A stretch of DNA of 53,401 bases, the filler included, from Sphacelaria rigidula (lineage: Eukaryota), in the NCBI GenBank assembly GCA_964200075.2. It is 4 parts of 4 records of this genome, joined end to end, with 100 filler letters (N's around TTAATTAATTAA, not from the genome) between each part and the next. Parts side by side here need not be neighbours in the genome. Positions count along the whole stretch, not along the records: positions 1 to 13,276 come from CAXNAA020003004.1; 3 more parts are not named here. The stretch is one strand, 5' to 3'. Position numbers and translations under genes: made by a program. Below, one piece after another: positions 1 to 11,300 of this stretch; position 1 is the stretch's first letter; each line of letters starts with the position of its first letter. Below the pieces are notes generated by a model. The model did not search any database, was not told the origin of the DNA, and saw only the letters and a list, made by a program, of their open reading frames with translations.

Positions 1-66
1 AGATAAGGGGCTCCCAACAATTCTAACCTCAGAAATTATTTCTGTACCCCTACCGTAGCATCACTC
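1..66. mobile_element. Terminus of a GAG-ended DNA transposon family (...CCCCTACCGTAGCATCACTC)
   Basis: Related termini end at 13446, 15016, 15346 and 32958, and one starts reversed at 51022. Here the terminus supplies the stop codon that truncates the pol frame. Confidence 0.7.
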
Positions 67-870
67 CTCCTGCGGTGGAGGACCTCGCACATAGCCTGGA
101 ACTAGCTCGCTAACGAAGCCTTGTAACCGTGCGTCCTCCATCAGCCGCAGAAGCCGTTGAAGTGTGGCGTCGTCCTCCCACGCCGCTCCAACGCTCTTCC
201 ACACCTCATCCCATGCTGCCAGATCGCTCTCTTCCGACAACAATCTTGTCGAGTCGTCACTGAGCTCGCTTGGCTTGACAGCACAGAAGAGATTCCACCT
301 TGCCGAACCTCCTTGTCCGGTGAGGTGATCGGTGTCAACAGCTCCGAGTTTTGGTGAACCATTAGACACGAATCTCATCCACGGAGCTTCCGGCGAAGAT
401 CGAAATCCTGATCGACCTTCAAAAGACAGTGTACTCTCGTTCCTTGTAAAGAAACTTGCCCCCAAAATATATCCGTACGGCAATCCATCGACCACCCTGA
501 TCCATGCTTTCCTTATTCTATCCTTTGGGTGTAACCGAATCGGGATTACCGTTGACCCTAGAATCTTCAACGGTGGCGTTCGGCTGTCACTAGGGTTTGC
601 TGCCCTCGAAAATCCTGCTCCCTGTCGCTGCAGCTTGCCTGTGATATTACCCGACGTTACCAACGACTTCCACACCACTGCTTCGATGCATAGCTACCCC
701 CCCCCCGCCCTGGTGTCCAGTAACACCGTTACTGATGAACCGTGGCTACGTTTACTGTGGTGCCAAACTCTAGCTTGCACCCACAGTTGCTGTGCATTGC
801 TACCATTTACCGCTGACAAAATATCCTCGTACACGCTGTCTCCCGGGGACTGCGGCCCCAGGGTGCACCC
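67..870 (-). pseudogene. Retropepsin-like aspartic protease and start of pol, disrupted
   Basis: Same frame as ORFs 871-1194 and 61-678. The catalytic D-T-G reads D-T-R, followed by a G-run and a TAG. The C-terminal ILG motif is present. Confidence 0.75.
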
Positions 871-3060
871 TCATTCCTCGCTTGTGGCGTCGAAACGGTT
901 GCTCAGTGCATCAACCGTCCCGATTCCCTCCTCTTCGTCGCCGCTTTCTGGTTTGTCTGGCCCGTGGTTGAACCCCCGATCTTCGTTCTGGCTGTCAATC
1001 AACCCGAATAACTCCCCCAGTTGCAGGCTCAGCAGCCTGTCCCTCTTCGTCTTGGGCTTTGCTTGTGTCTGCTCCGGTTGCTTGTGGTGACCGAAGGGAA
1101 TTCGATCTTGGTTATGGGAGTAATTGCAGCCGGCCTCTGAGTCCTTGCTGCTGCAGTCTCGTCCATATGCGTGGTTGAAACACACCCCCAGCAAACGTAT
1201 GGCGACGTCGCGCTCCCCCTTGGGCGCGTTGCGGGCGGGGAGGAACCCGGTCGCCGGTGCTTTTCCTCGCGTGTCAAACTTGACACGCTTGGTGGGCTTA
1301 GCTGATTCTTCCCTCGGGCGCTTCCGTGCTCCACGAGTAGATGGGGATGTCCCGAAAGGCGTGCTGCCTCGTGGTGTTGATGCCTTTTGGTTGCTGAAGG
1401 CAGCAACGGAGTCGAAGTCTTGCTCTTAGGTCTCTTGATCTGCTTCTTGCAGGAGTCGCTTCTTAATCTCTACTATCCCCGCGTATATGGGCTTGTGTGC
1501 GGGGCGTGTTAAGGCTGCAGTAGCGCTATTCATAGCCTCAGTGGATTTTCTAGAACACTCACAGTGGCGTTGGATGGCAGACACGACCTCACTATATATA
1601 CGGTATGTTTCCCGCCCTCGTTTCTTCATGTCGGGGCTGCACGGGTCTCCACATAGTGAACGGGTAAGGAGCGGACGTCGTCCTCTAAGGCCTTGCTGGG
1701 AACTTGTAGTAGTGTATTCGATACTATTTATGCAGTCGCGTCGGAGATTACCAACTTATGAAAAGTGCTACACATTTGTAAGATCAAAACTTTCGAGGCT
1801 GTCTTTCAGAAGTATTCCTCCTCTGCTAGGTGTGAAGAGGCTGAAGAAACCGTGGCCGCCATAGTTAGCAGTATCAGCCGATGAGCGGCTGCTACATAAC
1901 TCTTATTCCTGAGTAGTTTCATGTTGTTGTGCAGTGCAGTCTGTGCATGGCTTACACCCATCCTCGCTTCTTCTGCTACTAGCTTCCGGAGCCACTCCAG
2001 AGCGGTTACGTTTCCAAACGGTACGCGTGAGTAATTTCCTGTTACGCTAGGTGCCGAGATCTGGTTTTCCCTCCAACTTGTCATCTCCGTATACGTCGCG
2101 GAAGTAGGCAGCATTACACGCACCAGAAGGTCCCTGCGTCTACCTATGTACTGATCCGCTCGTGGTTTCAGCGGCTTACTGGCCATGTGTGCATCAGTAG
2201 GGACCCTCCAATTCCCCCCTTCATACGCCGCGAGCGTGGTACGAAAACGGCTCGCGAACAAGACCGCGGAGTTATGATAAGTCAGTTCTGCATTGTGATC
2301 TACAGACCATCCCTTATAAACAATGGTATCGGTGTCCTTGGAACCGAGAAGCTTGGCCAAAGTGTTTGCTTGCCGGGACATCGCTTGTTGGTGTTTCAGT
2401 GCAGCCGACCAGTTTTGATCAGACGGGTATGGCGCGGGAACGCGAGGGTACGTGGCCCCATACGGAGTCATGCCATCCGGCCTAGACTGGGCTGCCGGGG
2501 TTACACCAGAGGTATTAAGAGCCGTAGAACGGACTGCAGTAGAGACTAACCGGGTCTGGCGCGACCGTGAACCTCGAGCGGCGCTGCGGGGGCAACGGCG
2601 GTGGCGGTGGCAGCTGGAAATGAGTGAAATTTCCAGCGGCCGGGGCTTGATGAGCCCCCTGAGGCACAGAGACTGGCACTGCCGGCTGAAGAGGCGGAGG
2701 AACAGACGGCGGGACATGCTGAGGCATCGGGCCAGAGTGCCCTAGCTGTTGCTGTAGTAGAACCTGCTGATGAGGATGTACGGCCACCTGTTGCTGCGGA
2801 AGCGGTCCAACAGCATGCTGCTGAGGGGGTACGGCAGCCTGCTGTTGCTGAACAGATCCAACAAACTGTTATTGAGAAGGTGCGACAGCCTGCTGTTGCT
2901 GAACAGGTCCAACAATCTGTTGCTGAGGGGGTGCAACGGCCTGCTGTTGCTGAGCAGGGACGAAAGGTTGCTGCTGCTGGGGGGCTTGCACTGGAGGCTG
3001 TTGACTCGACCCGGATGGGTAGAAGGGTTGGGCTTGCGGGTTCAAGGGGTTTCCGCTCAT
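871..3060 (-). pseudogene. Gag-like protein with N-terminal PAM2-like motif, Q/P-rich repeats and C-terminal CCCH finger, disrupted
   Basis: ATG at 3060 gives MSGNPLNPQAQPFYP. CFNHAYGRDCSSKDSEAGCNYSH lies at 1114-1182. Several stops and frameshifts. It sits between the putative PBS and the protease. Confidence 0.65.
2787..2990 (-). repeat. Coding minisatellite, about 4 copies of a 51-bp unit (17 aa, QQQQAVAPPQQQIVGPV-like)
   Basis: cctgctgttgctga recurs at 2838, 2889 and 2940, a 51-bp period, with a diverged copy at 2787. Confidence 0.85.
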
Positions 3061-3106
3061 CCTTTCGCCGATTTTCGAGTTGGCTATTCGGTGCTTGAAA
3101 CGATCA

Positions 3107-3123
3107 CCTGCGCACATATGCCA
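3107..3123 (-). promoter_or_regulatory. Putative primer-binding site TGGCATATGTGCGCAGG (tRNA-Ser-like)
   Basis: Starts with TGG directly after the putative LTR and ends GCAGG, like tRNA-Ser-type PBSs (TGGCG...GCAGG), with a spacer one base longer. It lies about 46 bp upstream of the gag ATG. Confidence 0.4.
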
Positions 3124-3639
3124 CATGGATATAATAACATCAGTCAAACGTACTTCATAATATCGACACAGTACCTCACCGTCTTGTGGGCGCGTTGGGC
3201 AGAATGGGGTGAGAAACGTCCGTAACTCATCAACGGCGAAAAGACACAATGGGACAGAACAGACAGCCTCAATTTTCCATCATGGTACAACAGTGGAAAG
3301 CAGAAAAGCAAGGTGAACAAGGGGGAACCGGAAAGCAGAAAAGCATGACGGAAATTTGATCGCGCGGAACGGGTTCATGGGATCATTCGGCTCGGATTTC
3401 CCTAAATGGGGAATACTCAAGGATATTTTCCTAGGCCTCGGCCTCCTGTCAACCTGGAAGAACACGCGGGGGGGAGAAAAGGCTCCCGTAACCTGTTCGA
3501 ACGAGCACGGTCTTACTATCTTGGGCCTCCGTCCCCCTTCATTTCCCTGTATGTAGTGATTTCCTGCCCGCTTGTGGGTGAGCCTATTGTATAACGCACG
3601 CATACTACGAAATCACACCAATTTCCCAATTCATCCACA
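3124..3639 (-). repeat. Putative 5' LTR (~516 bp)
   Basis: The minus strand starts TGTGGAT and ends ATCCATG, an imperfect terminal inverted repeat, immediately followed by TGG. No second LTR is in the window to confirm it. Confidence 0.5.
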
Positions 3640-3899
3640 CGTTGTCTGGCTTGCGTGCAAGCAAAGTGCATAATGTCCTCAATTATTACTCTCGTTGTTC
3701 AGCACCAGCCAACCACTCTGTCGATTTCTCTTTGATATATATTTCAGCAAAAGAATGCGTGGAGCCCGTAGACCCTCAAGACCAGAAGCCCCATCCAGAA
3801 GACCCCGATGGTGGTCGAAACATGCCCGATTAGACGATCAACTCTTGCAGTTGGTCGCCAGCGCGTGCAGAGTAGACAGACAACGGGAGTCGGGGGGTA

Positions 3900-6300
3900 A
3901 CGTCCGTCGGGTAGCCTTGTGCACGTCTCTTGGCTTGCAACACTCTCAGTAGTTGCCCAATCGCGGCAGTGTTGAGGTGATCAACGCAGCCGTGGGTGGA
4001 AGACTTAGAGGATCCTTGACTGATGGATTGATAATCCGCCGCCCCAGGAATCGTTGAATCAATATTGCGGAAGAGAAAACAATATTATGGTCAATGTTTG
4101 AGTACACTTAGATACGATCCTTTCATGTACATAAAGCCGTGAACTAACTACCATACACCGTTGGGCCTGGTCTATTCAACATCATAGAAATACACCCCAC
4201 AGCCTTGAGCTTGCCTGGCAGTGAGAACCACATTGGAATTACTTCCATTTCCATGACCATAAACATTCCGACTATCAGTGCTTACCGCCCCTGACCAGGA
4301 GGTAGGGTAAATGCCTCATGTGCGGTCACCTGCGTAATAAATGATTCAAAGGAGATTCACTGTAGACAGGTCACAATGCGTTTTGGTAATAGACGCAGAC
4401 ATTCGACACCACTGCGTGAAATTGATGCCCATTCAACAGATGATTTGCTCTCGTTGTGTAAAGGTTAACCGGAATCCTCCTCACCACCACACTCAACACA
4501 GGGCATCATACTAAAACTGCTGGTTCAAGACAGATAACAACACGCGGCAGCTTTGTGGCTGCACGTAATGATTTGAAATAACAGCACATTCTACGCGTAG
4601 CTGGCTTCAGTGAACGAACCGGAACATCTGATCCTGGTTACCGGCCTTAATACAGTGCTTGCGCCGTGAAGCACATGCAGTGATATCAAACCACCGTACA
4701 GTTCAATGCTGCTCGATCACTCAATCATCGTGGGTCTACTTGATGTGGTGTACACCCATGATCAGTTTCTCCGAACTCTGTTAATTGTCCCGCATCGTGT
4801 GTGCAAATCGATCAATAATACAGTACCACCTAGTACAGCTGAGATCCAAAAGGGTCCTTCTTGTTCTTCCTTGAAAAGCACACCACATGTGCATTACTAG
4901 ATTGAATACAGCCAAGGAGTTCAGCGATATTCTCGTACTGGGCTGTGAACAGTCAATACAGTCATTATATACCGCCCTTCTTGTAAGCACAGTCACAACT
5001 CAATCAAACGGTCGTCTGTAGAGGGTATACTTTAACGTCACGACCCAGTTTTAGAAACATTGACTGTCCATGTACATGTCTTGATACCCCGCTTTCAACA
5101 ATCCCGCGGTTGCCTGTTTCACCGGTAGACTATCGTAACGGTAACACGATGGCTGAAGACAACATAACCTTGCCCCCTGCAACTGCATCACTCGGCAACA
5201 ACCGGGCGCACCGCAGCTGTTGCGTGGCTAATCCAACAACCAGTATAGCAGAATGAAGATTATGAAAATCTTTCCTTGATCCTGTCTAATCAACCATCGT
5301 TAGTAGATCTGGCTCTTTTTAGAAAGAGTTCCACGGCTTTTTGTAGAAAAAGTATCAGTCTGGATTACTCAAAGCAAGAGAGGCGCGAGTCTCAAAAGGT
5401 GTAACCACGGCTGTAGCCTGGTGCGCAATGCACTTAGATCGGTGTTCATTACACTCTAATCCACAGCCCACATCAGAAGTCGCTTGAGTTGTGAATGCAC
5501 CCATCATGGCTCCATGTTCCTCACTCTATCGCCGTCTGAGAATTGATAACATCCGAGATAGCACCGGCACGCTGCGTTAGGCATCATAGTCAGTCTGACG
5601 TTTCACATTAGTGACGGCTCATTAACTTGAATCTAACCCTCCCGATAGCATGCGCCAAGTGCCATCTCACGGTATCCCATAGCCGTGAAATGAATGCAAG
5701 CGGGTAGCACGAATGCCATGAACCTCAATCGTCACGATCTTTTCCTCCATGGGTTACAACTATCATGGCAGCACAAGGTTGATTGATCACGTTGCCAAGC
5801 TCCTCAACCCATGAACTCGAGCGCTGACGGTCAATCCAATGGTTAAATCATCCGTAATTATACTAAAAATATATGTATACGGATATTTTCTCTGTACATC
5901 GTACAACAATGCTCTCGGCACGACTGCTTGTATGGGGTCTCCCGTGGTTGCAGACATGCATTAGCTAACTCCCATCACAGCGATGGACTAATGCCGAGAT
6001 AGACCCCCCACAAGAAGTGCCCCGGAGACCATCCGACAAACCGGCTGCGATCCCACTACAGGGCTCGTCTGCAGCGAAATTACCCACATGAGAGGCGTGT
6101 AGCAGTCCGGTATCAGCTATAACGCCCAAATGAGTCGCGTCGTGCAGCACGAAACCAAGTTTAACGGCGTTCATGATCATCGCCCCCGTGCACGTTTTTG
6201 GCCGGTTCGGGGTGGGGCTATCTCGGCAGCAGTCGATGGCTACTACTCACAGCTGTAGCATTGTAGTCCGAAGGGGTGTCTTGTCTTCGCCTGGAAACAT
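3900..6300 (-). mobile_element. Highly decayed non-LTR retrotransposon with restriction-like endonuclease (CRE/R2-type)
   Basis: Motifs in the expected order across frameshifts: VVAIDC (~6240), QRKYPYTYIFSIITDDLTIG (DD at 5847-5852), CVECGG...TQWC...TKTH zinc knuckle (4374-4509), and VVL...YFYDVE*TRP RLE-like segment (4160-4240). Confidence 0.4.
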
Positions 6301-7847
6301 CATTTTATGTTTTGAAAGGATCTCGTGCATCGAAAGATATAGGTCGTTGGTATCTAAAAATCTTTGTCTAAAAATATTTCATCGGTGAACGGGTCTTTGT
6401 GAGGTGCAGGGCAACTTGACCAGTTGACTTGTTTAGGAGGGTGCGCACATCCAACATCCGCTGCATGGTATACAAGCTTCCATGTGTTTTACCTCACTGC
6501 AAACGGACGGTGTACTACCACACCCGTGCGTGGTGCACAGCAAGCCTACAGCCGTTTCATAGCGTGGTGTGGAGACGATGTCAGCATGTAGCAGTATCGT
6601 GCCCGACCTAATTTTTATGTACCTAGGCAGGTGACTAATTACACGAGAAATGGCCCCTCACATATTGTTTTACTGTAACATAGATAGACAAGCCCAGCGG
6701 TAAACAATGATCGCCATTTTCACGCTGTAGACACACATCTTCAGTGGCGCCGGATAAACCCAGTAGGCAGCGACTAAGAGTGTATACGCGATCGCCTGCT
6801 GACCAGTTGATTCACTTTTACATCCCCGGGTAACGCCTCGGTTTACTTTGGTCCACGAAATCGAAGAGAAAAACAGACGTTGTTTTTCGGACGGGTCTGG
6901 ATTTTGAATCAAATGGCCCGCCATTATATCGTTAGCTGAATGGGTATGAGCTCTTTTACTTACGGATGTGGTGGTGCTTTATGTTCTCCATTCATTTTAC
7001 ATGTACGCACTCATAATTCAACCTCTCGCTTGGACAGCTCACTCATCTTGAAGCTCTTTCCAAAATTGTATCTGGTAGCATTTGTCGTCTGCACCATGTA
7101 TTCTTGTCTAATACTTCACAGCATATCAAGAAACTCGAATCCCTAAGCCGTTGCTACACATCTCCTCCTACAGCATGGTACCTTCCTAAAGAGCTCACAG
7201 ATGATATAGTGCGACACAATAGTCCCGGTTGCAGAAGCGCCATGATACAAACAGAATAGTGTTGGCCAGTGTTGTTGTTGACATGCGTATTCCTACTGTG
7301 CGAGCGGATATCCTAGAGCGAACAAGCATCTAGTTAAGTCAAATCATGCATAGACAAATGCGTGATGGTTAATATATAACATGTTGAATACGTAGGAACG
7401 CATTGAAAATACACCATCCTGATTGTGTTCCAGTTCATTTCCAACTACTATGCCGACCTTCATGCATCTGCTCGTTATCTAAATCAACCTCGTTACAGTC
7501 TCACCGTTATGTCTGAAACAAGCGTAAGCTCACAGCACGTGGGTACGTCCAATGCAGAACAATATACGACGAGTGTCACGATATCTTGATCACCCGTGGG
7601 AGAAACTAGCCCTAAAAGGTGTTGGCGACAGCAACTGTCCCGAGGCCGCTTACATGTGGATACAAACACATACACACGCATACACATACCCGACCCCTGG
7701 CAACAATTGAAGTGATGACCGAAAGAGCAGGCGCATGGACTCTTCCTGCAGCCGCCTGCCGCTTCGGACCATAATGTAGTGTGTAGCATCATGGTCTGTG
7801 TCATACAGCGCATGTTACACTCTATTAGCGAAGTCAGCAGTGCGGTA

Positions 7848-8244
7848 CGAGCTGGGCCAGCCTGGAGGCGGATTTAAAGTTTGCAGGCCCATGCTCCCGC
7901 CAATACTCAGAGTTGGACCCTGAAATTTGGTATGGACAATGAATAGGGCGTGAAAAAAAGTGTTACATCGACACCAATTTTTTTAATTATTTGTTTTCAT
8001 GAGTTAAGGGAATTTTACTGATACCTGAAAACTGATTATTGCCCTTAAATCATGAAATAAAAACAAAAAAATGGTGCCGATGTAATTTGTTTTCCATGAC
8101 GTATGCAATGTCCATACCAAATTTCAAGATCCAACCCTAAACATTGGCGGGAGCATGGGCCTTTAAAAAGCCGGGTCGGTAGAAACTCGGAACAGTATTT
8201 CGCAGGCCACTCACTGGCCTATGTTTTTAGGCTGGCCCAGCTCG
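7848..8244. mobile_element. Tc1/mariner-type MITE (397 bp) with TA target duplication
   Basis: TA|CGAGCTGGGCCAGCCT...AGGCTGGCCCAGCTCG|TA. The interior is largely palindromic (about 7883-7985 versus 8066-8162). Confidence 0.9.
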
Positions 8245-8367
8245 TACAGCAGCAGTGTCGGCGGTTGGGCTCGGGATTTAGTCAGTCATATATCCCGCAA
8301 CGTTTGCGGTTGACCGTCTTACGATATCCCCCGACCTACTCTAGCACGCCACTCAGGCCGCTTCTTA

Positions 8368-11300
8368 CGAGCTCGGCCAGCCTAGACGCGGATTTGAAGT
8401 TTGCAGGTCGATGCTTCCGCCAATATTTGGAGTTGGATCCTGAAATTTAGCATTTACAATGAAAAGGGTATGAGAAAAGAATGACCTCGGTACCAAACGT
8501 TTTTATTTTTCATGACTTGAAGGCATTTTACTGATACCTTAAAACTGATTATTGCCCTGGACTGTTAAAAAAAACTGTTTCGGCATCGAGGTAATTTTGT
8601 TTCATGCCCCATTCGTTGTGCATACCAAATTTCAGGGTCCAACTCTAAATATCGGCAGGAGCATGGGCCTTCAGAAAATAGGATCGGTCGAAATTCGGAA
8701 CAGTATTCCGAACGCCACTCACCGGCTGACGTTTGGTTTTCGTTTATTGAAATGTTGCGTGGGCGCTCTCCATGGCAAAATCAACAGAACAAAACAGGCC
8801 AGTTCTTGTTTTTTTTTTTCACAGGTTTAGGGCGTTCTAGTGTGGTGAAGACCATTTCTTCACGAGAACAAGCTGACCTCTACGAAAAAAACTTGGAAAA
8901 TGAAGCCCCACTTGTTTTTTTATTCGTAACACTTTTGTGGTTCTCCGTGCCAAGTTTCAAATCATAATTCTAAAAATTGAGCCAAAACATCGAGATAAGG
9001 TCTAAGAGCAACGTTCGTTTTCCCCCAAAACTCCACTAAAAACACGAAAAAAAATGCAAAAATGAAGGTAGAAAGCTCTTTTGTACATTTTCCATGCCTG
9101 AAGTCATCGGGACAGAGCGGGCAAGGAGCAGAGGCAGATATTTTACGAACCCCGCAAAGCCCACCAGACTTTTCGAATCCCTCCAGAGATATTTCACGAA
9201 CCCCATCTGAGGGGGAAGGTGATGGGTTTGGGGAGGGCCTCATTCCCTTGACTCGAGACGAAACAGCCAACACCCAATGAAAGTTTCAACTGTGTGTGAA
9301 GAGCACTGCGTGCCGACAATATTTTAAGCAAATCAGGCACTCCCAGCGAAGATCAAACCGTCTCCACAAAGGCCTGAAGACGCCACAGCGCAGCGACACC
9401 TACAGCGCACAAGACAGACCATGAGTGTGTTTGTGCTACAGCACAGTCATACAGCGCATGCCCCATTCGATAGTCCTTGCCCTGATTTCAGGTGGGTCCT
9501 TGATTTTTGCCCAGCGGCAATTTTCAAATGCTCGGCCATAATTCCGATTGCCGCGAAAATACTTTATTTCACTTTGAGTTACCCTTATCTGTGGGAGGTG
9601 AGCAACTTTTTCAGGGTTTTATTTTTGTCTGTTGAACGAAGCAGCCTCACCAGCGACTCGATACAGTACAGGCAGACCCTGCTGTACCGCTCAAGAGGGG
9701 CGAGGTCGTTTGTTTTCACAAACCACATTTGTCGTCTCGAACGAAATACCGGAAGTCTGGAGGAGGCCGACTCGGAAAACCTTTACAATAAGTTCAAATT
9801 AGAGTTCAAGACTGTGCAAGCCCGCTCCAGCGAGTGTGCATCCAGCAACCGGAGCAAGGCTGGTTCCTACTCACTTTCGTGAACTCCTCTGCATTCGCAT
9901 CCGATTGCTGTGACCTTCCATCTTGAGGGAACGACTGCGAGGTATGATATAGGTGGGGTGTTGGAGAGGCGGGGTGGATGATGTGCGCTTATCATGTTTT
10001 TTCGTCTCGCGGAAGCACCTTCACCGAAGGTATCTTCAAGCCCTACTTTTCAGGGGTGATGTGCAGGTACGCCACGGAACGAGCGGGTGTGCCCGACTTC
10101 GCCTGTACGCTGTTTGTGTCTGCAAACGGGAAGGTCGCGGCGAGATACGGGCCGTGACATACACGACAACACGGACGAGACAAGCTGTTGTTGCAACTGT
10201 CTCGTGCATACTGTTGCCTTTAATCCTCATCATGAGGCACATTGCCGAGGAACCTTGGTGATGCTACCTGCCCAAATACAATCCATGTACGTGGGACGGT
10301 GTTGAAACAATATTTGGGCCGCGAAGTGAACACAACAAAAGTACAGATTTGAACCTGAACTTGCATTGTCCATCCGTGATCAGTGTTTCGGCGTGTATAT
10401 GCCCCTACGTCTGTGAAAATCATCAACGGAGTTTCGATCGATGCTGTACATATGCCCGTATGCATGTGTCCAGTACTCGATTGCGCAACCTCATATTTTT
10501 GTGCACATCGTAGTACCGGCTTGCGCTGGTGCTCACTTCGACTCACGACCGGTGTCCGCCCCTCTGCCGCCAGTACCCCCTTCGCCACTCTCCTTTCCAT
10601 CCGCTTCACAAACAACAGCAGGCTTCACCCGCCACCATGCCCTTGGCTGAAGCGGCTGGCCTCTGCCCTCGCGCGTCTCGCGGAACACTTCACCCCTTGA
10701 GGCGATCGGCAACGTACCCAACAGAAAGTCCGGAGATCGTACGAAAAAGAAGACGTCGGAGCGGTTACGACTGCAGAGAAGTTTATGAAGTGGGTCAAAA
10801 CGTCAAAAAAACTGTCTCAAAACCCTTGGGTAGTTGGTAGCTATAGTTGAACCGAATATTGATAGAGTACACGCCAAACCATTATGCATGGTACACAATA
10901 ATCACCGCCCGCACATGCGTGCCGATGCGCCTATTTCGACACTGCATATCTCAGGGATCGCGGCGGCTGTTGAGCGAGGCAAGATTCCGACCGCGAGCGA
11001 ACTAGACAGATTACGAATAAGGTAAACGTGAGGGTATCTATCGTATTTCCGTGCTCCATGAAATTCACACACCAAAAATCATCGTCACCCGCTGAATGTA
11101 TCGATCAGAGGTTTCATACAGATTTTTGTCAGGTGACGAGGATTTGTAATCTTCCCATCCCAAACTGGCGGGGGTCGGCAAGCACAGAGTTTTGCGAACA
11201 AATGTTTGTTCCGCGGCCAATTTCGAACCTCGGAGCCAAGCGAATCTGAAAAGCAGGCTAGGCTCCTCTCTGTGGGGTGATGCAACGTGTCGGAGACGTG

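Larger units (their letters stand above)
67..3639 (-). mobile_element. 5' portion of a degenerate LTR retrotransposon (probably Ty3/gypsy): LTR, PBS, gag-like region and aspartic protease, truncated by another element at position 66
   Basis: Minus-strand ORF pieces 2869-3060, 2515-2787, 1806-2717, 1426-1629, 1029-1406, 871-1194 and 61-678 chain together through stops and frameshifts. Retropepsin-like motifs VTVLLDT(R)AGGG (~700-735) and WIRVVDGLPYGYILGASFF follow a Cys/His finger. Confidence 0.8.

Noticed and set aside
332..1090. 252-aa plus-strand ORF
   Set aside because: Antisense shadow of the gag-protease frame, with no recognisable motif.
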